Part shown: positions 31,045 through 41,542 of the stretch, piece after piece
Position numbering within the stretch: position 1 is the stretch's first letter
How the letters are laid out: each line of letters begins with the position of its first letter
DNA from: an uncultured cyanobacterium
Lineage (GTDB): Bacteria > Cyanobacteriota > Cyanobacteriia > Cyanobacteriales > CAWCAG01
Reading direction: 5' to 3'
DNA: 64,000 nucleotides
Assembly (NCBI GenBank): GCA_963793425.1
Contig: CAWCAG010000009.1
Span: forward strand, 608,001-672,000
The notes under the pieces: model-generated
Seen by the model: only the letters and a program-made list of their open reading frames with translations
Databases searched by the model: none
Told to the model about the DNA's origin: nothing
Made by a program: the position numbers and the translations under genes

Positions 31045-31353
31045 ATGCGAAGAATTGATGCGATCGCAATTGCCTTTGGTGTCTTTGTTGCTGGAGGAGT
31101 TGCCTACTTGGTTTTGCAAATAGTGGGGCTTGATAGCCTTTCGGCAGGAGTTTGGAGTCAGGCACTCTTGGTTATGGGCTTGCTTGGTTGGATCTCTACA
31201 TATTTATTCCGGGTAGGGACAAAAAACATGAGCTATAACCAACAGATCAAAGAATATGAAGATGCCGTTTTGCAAAAGCGTTTAGAAGAAATGTCCCCAG
31301 AAGAATTAGCTAAGCTACAAGCAGAATTGGAAGAAGAGGAAGCTAGTAGTTAA
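31045..31353 (+). CDS. DUF3007 family protein
   Basis: MRRIDAI...WISTYLFRV..KNMSY..Q...YE...LQKRLEEM; conserved ndhL-DUF3007-trpA order. Confidence 0.88.
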   Translation: MRRIDAIAIAFGVFVAGGVAYLVLQIVGLDSLSAGVWSQALLVMGLLGWISTYLFRVGTKNMSYNQQIKEYEDAVLQKRLEEMSPEELAKLQAELEEEEASS

Positions 31354-31458
31354 ATGCTAATTGCTAGCAGTAATAAATTTTTCCCGATATCTTTACTGCT
31401 CCCCACTCCCTACTCCCTGCTCCCCGACCCTAGCAAGACAATCTAAATACCTGACAGC

Positions 31459-31493
31459 TTACTTATTACTTATTACTTATTACTTATTACTTA
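31459..31493. repeat. Heptamer tandem repeat (TTACTTA x5)
   Basis: Reverse complement of the AAGTAAT arrays at 11363 and 13060. Confidence 0.9.
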
Positions 31494-31499
31494 CCCTAA

Positions 31500-32294
31500 A
31501 TGATCTCGGTTTCCGCTTGTTTTAAAACCCTCCGTAGTCGTTCTCAGTGTGCTTTTATTCCTTTTATAACGGCTGGAGATCCGGATCTTGCTACTACTGC
31601 CCGTGCTTTGAAGTTACTTGATCAAGTAGGGGCAGACATGATTGAATTGGGGGTTCCCTATTCCGATCCCCTCGCAGATGGACCAATTATTCAAGCCGCA
31701 GCAACCAGGGCTTTAGCAAAGGGCGTTAGGTTAGAAGATGTTTTGCAAGTTGTGCGGGATGTTTCAGGAGAAATTGCTGCACCAATTATTCTTTTTACCT
31801 ATTACAATCCGATTTTTTATCGGGGCATTGAAGCATTTCTAGACCAAATTGTCGCAGCAGGGGTAAAAGGTTTAGTTGTACCAGATTTACCCCTAGAAGA
31901 AGCAGAAACCCTCCTTAAACCCGCTGCCGAGAAAGGAATTGAAGTTATCTTACTTGTTGCCCCAACTTCCCCCCTTGAACGTATAGAAGCGATTGCAACT
32001 CAATCTCAAGGTTTTGTTTATTTAGTTAGTGTCACCGGAGTAACAGGGGTACGTTCGGAATTAGCAACTAGGGTTAAAGATTTGTTACAAAGTCTTCACA
32101 AAGTTACCGATAAACCCATCGGTGTCGGTTTTGGTATTTCTCAACCTGAACAAGCTAAGCAAGTGAAAGAATGGGGGGCAGATGCAGCTATTGTTGGTAG
32201 TGCTATAGTTAAGCGTTTAGCTACCGGAACCCCAGAGGAGGGTTTACAAGCTGTAGAAGAGTTTTGTTCTAGTCTTAAAGCAGCAATTCAGTGA
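31500..32294 (+). CDS. trpA: Tryptophan synthase alpha chain
   Basis: [35 protein letters not shown]. Confidence 0.98.
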   Translation: MISVSACFKTLRSRSQCAFIPFITAGDPDLATTARALKLLDQVGADMIELGVPYSDPLADGPIIQAAATRALAKGVRLEDVLQVVRDVSGEIAAPIILFTYYNPIFYRGIEAFLDQIVAAGVKGLVVPDLPLEEAETLLKPAAEKGIEVILLVAPTSPLERIEAIATQSQGFVYLVSVTGVTGVRSELATRVKDLLQSLHKVTDKPIGVGFGISQPEQAKQVKEWGADAAIVGSAIVKRLATGTPEEGLQAVEEFCSSLKAAIQ

Positions 32295-32328
32295 TCTTGC
32301 TAATGGCTAATTAGCCATTAACGAAACT

Positions 32329-35028
32329 TCAATCAACAATTTCTGACACCGGAAATCTCTCCATTAATTGGATAGCCCTACGAGCATTTTTCTTTAAATC
32401 TCCGGATATGTCAGGAATATGAGGAATTTGCGAGAGAAAATCGACGGTTCGTCGTAAAAGCCTAACAATATCTCCTTCATCAAGACTGGTATGTTCGCAA
32501 AGTTCAACCCATTCAATGCCCAAAGCCCATTGTTCGACAATGCCAATTAGTTTATATTCCCTCCAAACCGGGAGAGCAACTTTATAACGATTTTGGAGTT
32601 TATTTAACTCTTGCCCCAAGGGACGCAAGTTATCCAAAACTTCAATTACTTGTTGAGGAGGATTATATTTCACCCAACTATCAGGACGGGGAGGTTCGCT
32701 GATTAAAGCACAAGCTGCTGCGGCTAAATGTTGAGGTTGCAATGGTTCACATTCCCCTGATGTTAAAGCCAAAGCTAACCACAACTCATTATCTCCTCGA
32801 ATGGCTGCTGCCGCTTTACCAAGAGGAGTTGGCTTGTAACCTTTGAGGGCATCGAAAGCTTGGAGAACTTCAATTAAGTTGAGAAATTCTTGCCAATGGT
32901 GGGTTTGATGTTCCCGATATTTGGTTTGTCGGTCACGTATTTCTTCTTTGAGGCTAAGGCGGCGGTTGTGGCGTTTGATGATGGTTCCTGGACGGCCCCA
33001 ATTGCTGAGAGAATGATTATCAATTTGGGTTTGGGTGGCTACCATTTTTTCCTTTTGAGCCAACACTTCCGGGGCTTCAGGAATTTCTGGTAAGGGTGAG
33101 GGAGAGGGTGAAGGACTCCCTGCCCCTACTTTCTGGGCTAGTAATTGGGCGATTTCTGCACTAACTTCATCTCCCGGACAAGATTTGCCTAATTTGATGC
33201 CCAGGTTATCGGGAGGAATCAACCATTCTATTTGAGAAGAAGGTAAAGATTGTTTGTCTATGGCAATTACATCGACGTTACTAACTATATACCAGTAGTT
33301 ATCTATGCCCAAACAAACTAGGTAAGGTGCTTGACCTCCGCCTATAGCTTTAGCGATTAAAATTGCTGTTACAGGCTTGGTTACTTTGAGGTGTTTGCCT
33401 TTTAAATAAACTATTTGTCCTGGTTCTAATTTGGAGGCAACGAAGGTAACTCCTTTTAAGCGTTCTACCTCTGCTTGCTGTTTTAGGGTTTTGAGGAGGC
33501 GACGTTCTTCTTTGAGTCTGGCTTTGAGTTTTTCATAGCTGCTAATTAAATTAACTTCTACCGGGGCCAACTCCACATCCAACCTCGCTAATTCTGTGGC
33601 TATATCTGCGATCGCCTTTTGTTGTGGGGTTAACCTCAAAGTGGCAATATATTGGGCAAAACTTCTTTCTAAGAGGTTTTGTACTTGGTCTATGGTGTGG
33701 GTTTGGAGTAGATTCAAAACCATGCCATAGGTAGGAGTAAACTGGCTTACCAACGGATCTGCTTTTCTGGTGGCTAAGTAGGCTGATTCTTTAGCCCCTT
33801 CAAAGGGGGTTTGACAAGTCACCACATAACCGACATTATCCATACCCCTACGTCCTGCCCTACCAGCCATTTGCAGGAATTCAGAAGCTGTTAAGAGGCG
33901 ATGCCCCCTATCAGTTCGCTTAGAAATAGAAGAAATTACAGTGGTGCGGGCAGGCATATTAATCCCCGCAGCGAGGGTTTCTGTGGCGAAGACAGCCTTA
34001 ACTAAGCCGGCTTGGAACAATTCCTCAACTAATCCTTTCCAAGCAGGTAGAATGCCCGCATGGTGGGCGGCAATTCCTCGGTATAAAGCATCTACTTGAC
34101 CTTTTCTGCCTGCATCAGGGTTTTTGTTGAGAAACTCGTCAATGCGAACTTTGAGGCGAGAGGCTTCTTCTTGGTTAACCAAACTCACTTCACGAAAATC
34201 TTCTACGGAGCGATCGCAACCTCGACGGCTGAAGATAAAATAAATGGCTGGGAGCATTTCCCGTTTGTAAAGCTGGGAAACTATTTGGAAAACACTAGGA
34301 CAGTCCTCTCTTCTTAAGCGTTTTTGTCCTCCTTTCTTCTTCGATTTGAGGCGAGGGTTCAAAGACTTTTGTTGTTTATCTAACAGATCAAACAAGCCCT
34401 TTTGGCTACTGAAATAAAATTTGAGGGGTACGGGGCGAAAGTCGGAGTTAATTAGTTCTGTGGGGCCATGAACTTGAGCAATCCATTCCGTTAATTCTGC
34501 TCCATTAGCAATGGTAGCCGACAAAGCCACTAATTGAATTTCTGGAGGACAATAAATAATTGACTCTTCCCAAACTGTACCCCGTTGGCGGTCATTCATG
34601 TAGTGGCATTCATCCAAAACCACCGCTTCGACATCTTCTAAGGAAGTACCAACTTGGCCAATGGGGGTTCCATAAAGCATATTACGGAAAATTTCTGTGG
34701 TCATCACTAAAACTGATGCTTCCCGGTTGCTGGAAACATCCCCAGTCAACAAACCAACTTCCCTTTCCCCAAATTGTTTCCTAAAGTCCCTTAATTTTTG
34801 ATTAGAAAGAGCTTTGAGAGGAGTTGTGTAGAGAACTCGTTTACCGCTAGACAAAGCGCGATAGATTGCATACTCTCCAATCAAAGTTTTCCCGGAACCA
34901 GTGGGGGCGCAAACTACCACAGACTTATTCTCATTGAGAGCTGTGATCGCTCTTTTTTGAAAGTCATCTAGTTCAAAAGGAAATAGTGTTTTTAGATCAA
35001 GGGCTGAGTTATTTGCAGAAGAATTCAC
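32329..35028 (-). CDS. Ski2-like DEAD/DEAH RNA helicase (HelY-like)
   Basis: APTGSGKT, PLKALSNQK, DECH, LSAT, HHAG, GINMPA, QMAGRAGRRG, C-terminal EGDIVR. Confidence 0.93.
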   Translation of the reverse strand: MNSSANNSALDLKTLFPFELDDFQKRAITALNENKSVVVCAPTGSGKTLIGEYAIYRALSSGKRVLYTTPLKALSNQKLRDFRKQFGEREVGLLTGDVSSNREASVLVMTTEIFRNMLYGTPIGQVGTSLEDVEAVVLDECHYMNDRQRGTVWEESIIYCPPEIQLVALSATIANGAELTEWIAQVHGPTELINSDFRPVPLKFYFSSQKGLFDLLDKQQKSLNPRLKSKKKGGQKRLRREDCPSVFQIVSQLYKREMLPAIYFIFSRRGCDRSVEDFREVSLVNQEEASRLKVRIDEFLNKNPDAGRKGQVDALYRGIAAHHAGILPAWKGLVEELFQAGLVKAVFATETLAAGINMPARTTVISSISKRTDRGHRLLTASEFLQMAGRAGRRGMDNVGYVVTCQTPFEGAKESAYLATRKADPLVSQFTPTYGMVLNLLQTHTIDQVQNLLERSFAQYIATLRLTPQQKAIADIATELARLDVELAPVEVNLISSYEKLKARLKEERRLLKTLKQQAEVERLKGVTFVASKLEPGQIVYLKGKHLKVTKPVTAILIAKAIGGGQAPYLVCLGIDNYWYIVSNVDVIAIDKQSLPSSQIEWLIPPDNLGIKLGKSCPGDEVSAEIAQLLAQKVGAGSPSPSPSPLPEIPEAPEVLAQKEKMVATQTQIDNHSLSNWGRPGTIIKRHNRRLSLKEEIRDRQTKYREHQTHHWQEFLNLIEVLQAFDALKGYKPTPLGKAAAAIRGDNELWLALALTSGECEPLQPQHLAAAACALISEPPRPDSWVKYNPPQQVIEVLDNLRPLGQELNKLQNRYKVALPVWREYKLIGIVEQWALGIEWVELCEHTSLDEGDIVRLLRRTVDFLSQIPHIPDISGDLKKNARRAIQLMERFPVSEIVD

Positions 35029-35129
35029 ACGGAGTCTTTACCATTCTTAATTAATATTTGACGAGAGCAAAAAGTTTTGCTTTAATTCCAGTCTATTTGA
35101 ATGATACCTATTTCAGGGGTGTAATTGGT

Positions 35130-35804
35130 ATGTTATCTAAATCAGAGTCATTAGTAATTAGGGAATCTTCCCTCAAATTTGGTCGTAGCTATAGAGTCCT
35201 AACAGCTTTGCTAGGGGGGATTCCTCTATTTTTGGGCATGAGGCTACGGAGCTTAGTTTATCAACTAGTTTTTGATAAAATTGGCCAAGGGGTACAAGTT
35301 GAAGTAAATGTTAACTTTACCCGTACTTATTTAATTAGTTTAGGCAATCGGGCTTACATTCGGTCGGGAGCAAATTTAGAAGTTTTAGCAGAAAATAGTG
35401 CCATCGTTATTGGAGAAAAAGCCACAATCGAACGAGGCGCTGATATTCGTGCTTATGCAGGAGGTAGTATTAGGATTGGCGATCGCACGTTTATCGGCCC
35501 CTATACTTGTCTTAATGGCCGTAATGTCAGGATTGGTCAAGATTGTTTAATTGGTCATCATTGCGGTATTTTCGCCGGCAATCATATTTTTAAGGATGCC
35601 CAACGCAAAATTAATCAACAAGGCTCTTCTTTCCAAGGTATTGTTATTGAAGATGATTGTTGGTTAGGTAGCGGAGTAAAGATTTTAGATGGAGTTACCG
35701 TTGGTAAAGGAAGTGTAATTGGTGCAGGTACTGTGGTGACGAAAAATGTTGCTCCTTATTCTGTGGCTGTAGGAGTTCCTGCCGAGGTTGTAGCTCATCG
35801 CTAG
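35130..35804 (+). CDS. Hexapeptide-repeat acyltransferase
   Basis: IEDDCWLGSGVKILDGVTVGKGSVIGAG..VTK...VGVPA; ATG 35130 preferred. Confidence 0.9.
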   Translation: MLSKSESLVIRESSLKFGRSYRVLTALLGGIPLFLGMRLRSLVYQLVFDKIGQGVQVEVNVNFTRTYLISLGNRAYIRSGANLEVLAENSAIVIGEKATIERGADIRAYAGGSIRIGDRTFIGPYTCLNGRNVRIGQDCLIGHHCGIFAGNHIFKDAQRKINQQGSSFQGIVIEDDCWLGSGVKILDGVTVGKGSVIGAGTVVTKNVAPYSVAVGVPAEVVAHR

Positions 35805-35821
35805 TATTAAGTAAATAGCTA

Positions 35822-35875
35822 TTGACATCGAATCCGTCCTAAAAGGACGAGGCTTGAAACCTTTTGTTATTTTCG
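35822..35875 (-). mobile_element. 54-bp IS200/IS605-derived mini element (PATE-like)
   Basis: Minus strand reads TTGAC|CGAAAATAACAAAAGGTTTCAAGCCTCGTCC-TTTTA-GGACGGATTC-GATGTCAA. This resembles the left end of the 28076 element fused to its right-end terminus. Confidence 0.72.
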
Positions 35876-36210
35876 GTCAATGGAACATATAGATTTTTCG
35901 AGTTGCGATCGCTGAAATCTTAGTGAAGAGAATGCCAAAATAAAAAATAACTACGACACCATTAGCTAATAGGTATGAGGAAAAGCGTAGCCAATCCTCT
36001 TTTAGAGAGCATATATGAAAATATCGCTTAAAAATGATGTTGTTGTCTCAGTCGGACATTAAATTCGAGAAGAAATAGAGGTATTAGCTGCTTTAATGTT
36101 ATGGAAGGTATCAAAATCTTCTTAAATGAAGCTAGCGCTATAATTAATTATTTGACATTTTATCCCCTAACAAAAAAAGCAGATAATTAAAAGTACTCTC
36201 TTACTTGGCA

Positions 36211-38067
36211 ATGAGAATTTTATTAATTGATAATGATAAAACTTTAATTAACTTACTTCAAAGAATTCTTACAGAACAAAATTATGTTATTGATGCAGTT
36301 ACTGACGGAGAACAAGGTTGGATATATGGTTCAACCTATAGTTATGATCTAATTATTCTAGATTGGTCTTTACCCAAACTAGATGGAGTGAGTTTGTGTA
36401 AGCGCTTTCGTGCTTCTGATTACGACACCCCTATTCTCCTCTTAACAGCATCTAATAGTAGTCAAGATAAGGTTCAAGGGCTTGATGCAGGGGCAGATGA
36501 TTGTCTATGTAAACCTTTTGATCTCGAAGAATTCTCAGCACGTATTCGTGCTTTGTTGCGTCGTCTAAATGCTGATTTCCTTTCTGTATTGGGTTGGGGA
36601 GATTTGAAACTAGATCCTTGTCGTGGTGAGGTTACTTATAAAGACCAATTGTTGTCTTTAACGGCCAAAGAGTATGGGTTATTGGAATTATTTTTACGTC
36701 ACCCCCAAGAAGTTTTAAGCATTGAAGAGATTATTGAAAGTTTGTGGTCTTCAACAGAATACCCGGCTGAGGCGACAGTTCGTTCTCACCTTAGACACTT
36801 ACGAAAAAAACTCAGACTAGCTGGCTTAGTAGAAAATCCGATTACAACGTTACCAGGACGAGGATATTGCTTAAAATATTTGCCAAGAGGGAGTGATGTT
36901 GATGAGGCCGTCTCGTCAACGCAGCTAGAAAACCGAAAGAGTAGGCGATCTAAGCATTTAGCAACCCTGACTACGACTTGGGAAAGATATCAGCATAAGA
37001 GTAGTCAACAGTTAGTCAGTTTAGATGCCGCTATAAAAGCTTTGCAACAAGGCAATCTTGATAAAAGCGCTCACCTAAATGCAATTGTAACAGCTCATAG
37101 TTTAGCAGGGAATTTGGAACTATTTGGTTTTGAGCGAGGTTGCCAATTGACTCAAGAAATAGAACAACTACTACAAAGGGATTTGGGTAGAGATTCTCAG
37201 CAAATTGTTCAGCTACAAACTACCTTCAATACTTTACGTCAAGAGTTAGTTACTGAAGATAATATTTCAGAGCAAATATCTAACCAACTAGAAGCAAATT
37301 CTCCTTTGTTATTGATTATTGATAACAATACAACATTTACTGAAAACTTAAGCCAAGAAGCAACTAGTTTGGGGATCAGAACTGCTATTGCCCCAACAAC
37401 GGAATTGGCTAAAAATTATCTAGAAGGAGAGCTTCCTGATGTAGTTCTTTTGCAAATTTCTTTTGAAGAATCAACATCTAATTCTAGATTGCGATGGGAA
37501 CGTTTATCTTTGATTGCTGAATTTAAGTTAATGGAACCGTCAATACCTGTAATTGTAATTGCTGATTGTGATCACCCTGAAGATCGTTTGCAAATAGTGC
37601 GACATGGGGGTTCTTTTTTCTTAAAACAACCCATAACTGCTGCCCAAACCCTCTCTTTTTGTCAGCAAGTTTTAGAGCATTCTTGCCAAAATAAAAAAGT
37701 AATGATTGTTGATAGTGATGTAGAGTTACTCCGAGCTTTGCCTTCTATGTTACAACCTTGGGGTTTCAAATTAACCACCTTAGATGATCCTCGGCAGTTT
37801 TGGGATGTTATTCAATCGGTACTTCCTGATATTTTGGTACTAGAGATAGAAATGCCTCACTTCAGCGGTATTGAATTGTGTAAAACTCTACGAACTTATG
37901 CCTATTGGCGTAGGACACCTATTTTATTCCTCACAGCCCATACAGATATAGCAATGCAAAATTTGGTTTTTTCTAGTGGTGGTGATGATTTTATCACTAA
38001 ACCCATTGACGGCAAAAAATTAGCAGAACGTATTCTTAATCGTTTTGAGAGAATACGGGAAAGTTAA
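36211..38067 (+). CDS. Multidomain response regulator (REC-OmpR wHTH-Hpt-REC-REC; RcaC-like architecture)
   Basis: DLIILDW, LTAKEYGLLELF...GRGY, Hpt AHSLAG, two C-terminal receivers. Confidence 0.88.
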   Translation: MRILLIDNDKTLINLLQRILTEQNYVIDAVTDGEQGWIYGSTYSYDLIILDWSLPKLDGVSLCKRFRASDYDTPILLLTASNSSQDKVQGLDAGADDCLCKPFDLEEFSARIRALLRRLNADFLSVLGWGDLKLDPCRGEVTYKDQLLSLTAKEYGLLELFLRHPQEVLSIEEIIESLWSSTEYPAEATVRSHLRHLRKKLRLAGLVENPITTLPGRGYCLKYLPRGSDVDEAVSSTQLENRKSRRSKHLATLTTTWERYQHKSSQQLVSLDAAIKALQQGNLDKSAHLNAIVTAHSLAGNLELFGFERGCQLTQEIEQLLQRDLGRDSQQIVQLQTTFNTLRQELVTEDNISEQISNQLEANSPLLLIIDNNTTFTENLSQEATSLGIRTAIAPTTELAKNYLEGELPDVVLLQISFEESTSNSRLRWERLSLIAEFKLMEPSIPVIVIADCDHPEDRLQIVRHGGSFFLKQPITAAQTLSFCQQVLEHSCQNKKVMIVDSDVELLRALPSMLQPWGFKLTTLDDPRQFWDVIQSVLPDILVLEIEMPHFSGIELCKTLRTYAYWRRTPILFLTAHTDIAMQNLVFSSGGDDFITKPIDGKKLAERILNRFERIRES

Positions 38068-38093
38068 GGGATTAATGATCATAAATCCTTGAT

Positions 38094-39056
38094 TTACCTA
38101 AACTGCTCTTCTAATCTACTTCTCCAAATATGAAGAGGACTAATTAAAATACTTAGTAATAGTGCGTTTTCACAAGCAGCAACCGTGTCAGTTTTAAGCT
38201 TAGTCCAATTGCTAGCAAGGTGTAAAATAAGTTTGCGTAAATCGTTCCCTAAATAAGCAAAAAAGGCGAAGGGTCTTTGCCATGATTTTAGCCTTAGCAT
38301 TCTGATATAATGTCTAGTTAATCCTGAATTGCGGCTTAGAGAGATTAAATAGCTACGTTCCATTCTCCAAGCAGGAATATGATGATAGATGTGCATTTCA
38401 GGGTTATACCAAATCTCCCAGCCACCATTCTGAATGTAAGACAAGATTTCTAAATCTTCTCCTTTAGTTAATAAGGATGCTTTGCTAGGACCTAAAAGCA
38501 CTAAGTTATCAGGTACAGTTTCTAACCAAGCTTGTTTAGCAATAACAATACCTGCCCCTGGAGGAAGGACTTTTTGTTTATGTTTGTTGTAACAAAATGG
38601 TTTTTTTCCTCTTTCAATTATGGCTAAATAAACGGCTATTCTCTGGAAGTTTTGAGGTGTTACTGTTTCAAATTCTCCGTGAATTTGACCACCATACGCG
38701 CCAACATTGGGGTGTAGTTTTCCGAAGGAATATGCTTGAAATACCCAGTCGCTATCAGGTAAGTTATCGTCATCGAGAAAACCAATTAGGGAACCTTGAG
38801 CTTCATGAATGGCTCTTTGCCTAGCAATTGAGGCTCCTTGTTTAGGCTCGAAGTAATATTTAAGAGGATAGGAGTAGTGCCAATTAGATTGGTATTGGGC
38901 AACAACCTTAGCAGTGCCATCGTTACTATTGTTGTCAATAACAATGATTTCCCAGTTAATTTCCTCTGTACGAACCTGGGAGCGTAGTTTATCTAAAACA
39001 TTGGGTAGCAAACGTTCCCCATTGTAGGTGCGGATAGCAACTGTAAAATCCACCAT
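38094..39056 (-). CDS. GT2 glycosyltransferase, HpsE-like
   Basis: DFTVAIRTYNG, DNNS, FLDDDN, PPGAG, GEDLE, WYNP. Confidence 0.85.
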   Translation of the reverse strand: MVDFTVAIRTYNGERLLPNVLDKLRSQVRTEEINWEIIVIDNNSNDGTAKVVAQYQSNWHYSYPLKYYFEPKQGASIARQRAIHEAQGSLIGFLDDDNLPDSDWVFQAYSFGKLHPNVGAYGGQIHGEFETVTPQNFQRIAVYLAIIERGKKPFCYNKHKQKVLPPGAGIVIAKQAWLETVPDNLVLLGPSKASLLTKGEDLEILSYIQNGGWEIWYNPEMHIYHHIPAWRMERSYLISLSRNSGLTRHYIRMLRLKSWQRPFAFFAYLGNDLRKLILHLASNWTKLKTDTVAACENALLLSILISPLHIWRSRLEEQFR

Positions 39057-39231
39057 GATTTAGCCCTGAAAATTGCTTATTGGACAATACTAACTTTCCC
39101 ATATTGTAATCAAATGTTCAGATCGTGAATCACTTTTATAAAGTTTTACTCCTATTCAAGAAACTCCTTGCTTTTTCTCTGAGTGCAATTGTTAAAGAGA
39201 TTTTCTGCTAGTTTTATGGGAATAATAACTA

Positions 39232-39270
39232 AAGTTACTAGAAATCACCTAAAGTAATTTCTAGTAACTT
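39232..39270. other. Inverted repeat with perfect 14-bp arms (terminator or operator)
   Basis: AAGTTACTAGAAAT-11 nt-ATTTCTAGTAACTT between the dehydrogenase stop and the GT2 start. Confidence 0.6.
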
Positions 39271-39411
39271 CAAACTATCTAAATATTCTCTAGCTAATTT
39301 TGAATTTCTAAAGAAATGAAGCGTTATCCTCGTTTTAACTACTTTTTTCTGGTATCTGTATTTATACTACTAGCCATTAGTTGAGTATTAGACATAGTAG
39401 TGAATCCTTAA

Positions 39412-40734
39412 CTACTTTCCATTTACATAATAGTCCCTAGTTCCCTTAGCATCTAAAGCCTCTCCTAGACGATTTAAAGCATGAATATAAGCAGCAGTAC
39501 GCATAGAAACATTTAATTCTTGAGCAATTGACCAAGTTTTTTGGGTTTCTTCGATTATCTTCTCTTTTAATCGTTGACTAACTTCCTCTAAGTTCCAATA
39601 TAGTCCACTACGATTTTGTACCCACTCAAAATAACTGACTGTTACTCCTCCAGCATTAACTAAAATATCAGGAAATACCTTGATTTGTTTACTTTCTAAA
39701 ATAGCATCAGCAGAGGAAGTTATGGGGCCATTAGCAACTTCAAAAATAAATTTAGCTTGAATATCAGCAGCATTGGCTTGAGTAATTTGTTTTTCTAAAG
39801 CGGCAGGAATTAAGACATCAACATCTAAAGTTAATAAGTCTTCGTTGCTAATTACTTGATGTTCAACAATATTACAAACACTATCTTGACAATAAACAGC
39901 TTTGATGCCAAGACGTTCATTTTTATATTTACGAATGCTGGGAATATCTAATCCTCCGGGGGCATAAATTCCTCCTTGAGAGTCACTTACGGCCACAACT
40001 TGATAACCAGCATCAAAAAGCAATTCTGCTAGTTTTCCTCCCACTTTCCCGAAGCCTTGAACAGCGATAGTAGTTTCTTGAGGCTTTTGCTCAAATTTAG
40101 GCAGAATAGTATTAATAACCTCAAAAGCCCCCGTAGCCGTAGCCACATCTCTACCTTGGCTTCCTCCCATCGTTAAAGGCTTCCCTGTCACCACAGCAGG
40201 ACTAATTTTACGTCGGATGATACTATATTGATCCATCATCCAACCCATAATTGTAGCGTTGGTATAAACATCAGGAGCAAGAATATCTACATCAGGGCCA
40301 ATAAAATCGGCGATCGCATCAATATAACCCCGGCTTAAGCGTTCTAATTCTGATTTAGATAATTCTTTAGGGTTGAGGGTTATACCACCTTTCCCCCCTC
40401 CAAAAGGCAAGTTGAGTAAAGCACATTTAAAAGTCATCCAAAAAGCTAGAGATTGTACCTCATCTAAGGAAACTCCGGGATGATAGCGTACTCCACCTTT
40501 AGCAGGGCCTCTAGTATCGTCGTAGCGTACTCGATATCCAGGAAAAACTTGCAAAGAACCATCATCCATTCTCACAGGAATAGATACCCTCAAGCTAGCC
40601 TTGGGGTGCTTTAGGCGTTGGATAGCATCTTCAGAAATTGCCACATACTTTAAGGCTTTTTCCAATCTTTTACTAGCATCGGCAAAAAGAGTATCTGAGT
40701 CTTTTTCTTCCCAAGAAGTAATAGCTTTAGTCAT
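39412..40734 (-). CDS. gdhA: Glu/Leu/Phe/Val dehydrogenase (glutamate dehydrogenase)
   Basis: RGPAKGGVRY, MTFK, GGGKGG, APDV, TGKP, QGFGKVG, EVANGP, NAGGVTVSYFEWVQN. Confidence 0.9.
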   Translation of the reverse strand: MTKAITSWEEKDSDTLFADASKRLEKALKYVAISEDAIQRLKHPKASLRVSIPVRMDDGSLQVFPGYRVRYDDTRGPAKGGVRYHPGVSLDEVQSLAFWMTFKCALLNLPFGGGKGGITLNPKELSKSELERLSRGYIDAIADFIGPDVDILAPDVYTNATIMGWMMDQYSIIRRKISPAVVTGKPLTMGGSQGRDVATATGAFEVINTILPKFEQKPQETTIAVQGFGKVGGKLAELLFDAGYQVVAVSDSQGGIYAPGGLDIPSIRKYKNERLGIKAVYCQDSVCNIVEHQVISNEDLLTLDVDVLIPAALEKQITQANAADIQAKFIFEVANGPITSSADAILESKQIKVFPDILVNAGGVTVSYFEWVQNRSGLYWNLEEVSQRLKEKIIEETQKTWSIAQELNVSMRTAAYIHALNRLGEALDAKGTRDYYVNGK

Positions 40735-40891
40735 AACCAATACCTTTAAAAAAAATAATTTACTAGGTTTTTCTGGTTGATCCTCCAGTTATTTAATTGT
40801 CCCAGACAAAGAATATAAAAGGTTTCTATACTGTAGAAAGGTTGTATTTATTATTATTATTTATTGTGAACTTTTCCTAAGCGCAACCTTT

Positions 40892-41446
40892 ATGATTGTC
40901 GCCTTATTAGCAGCCCTTTCTGCTTCTGCCGCAGCAGGTATGCGTATCGCTTTACCTTTGTTGATTATCGGCTTGTTACAAACAGACAGTTTGTGGGCTA
41001 ACATTCCCTTGCTCTGGCGGATTCCTCCTCCAGTTTTGCTGTCTATACTTACTAGTTGGTCAATTTTCGAACTTTTTGGTTCTAAGGGGTTACTAGGACA
41101 AAGGATTCTTCAGGTAGTTGGGTTAGTCTTGAGTCCTATAGTAGGGGCTTTATTGAGTGTTGCGGTGATTAAAACCACAGGGATTGTTATAGAATCACTT
41201 TGGTTAATTGCTATTATTGGGGGCTTACTGGCTTTAGTACTGCAACTAGTACAAATAGGTTGGTTTTTTCGTCTGCGAGGTTTACCTATTTGGTTAGTTT
41301 TGTTAGAAGATGCCCTTTGTATCTGCTTAGTAGTTTTTGCTTTCAATGCACCTCAACAAGGTGGTTTAATTGCCATGCTAATGCTTTGGATCGCTGCCCG
41401 TAGTTCCAAGGAATGGCATCAGTGGTATAAAGGGAATAGTCGATGA
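40892..41446 (+). CDS. DUF4126-like membrane protein
   Basis: SAAAGMRIALPLL N-terminus, multiple TM helices, LLED motif. Confidence 0.7.
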   Translation: MIVALLAALSASAAAGMRIALPLLIIGLLQTDSLWANIPLLWRIPPPVLLSILTSWSIFELFGSKGLLGQRILQVVGLVLSPIVGALLSVAVIKTTGIVIESLWLIAIIGGLLALVLQLVQIGWFFRLRGLPIWLVLLEDALCICLVVFAFNAPQQGGLIAMLMLWIAARSSKEWHQWYKGNSR

Positions 41447-41542
41447 TCAATGATCAATAATGCTAGTTGCTAGTTGCTAATAGTTTTATTCTTAATGCCC
41501 TAATTCCCTAGCTCCCTAACTCTCCAGCTCTCCAGCTTCCCA

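Noticed and set aside
39214..39230. TTATGGGAATAATAAC as a self-target of the TnpB guide (TTAT+GGGGAATAAATAAC)
   Set aside because: Needs two gaps including one in the seed; likely chance in AT-rich DNA.
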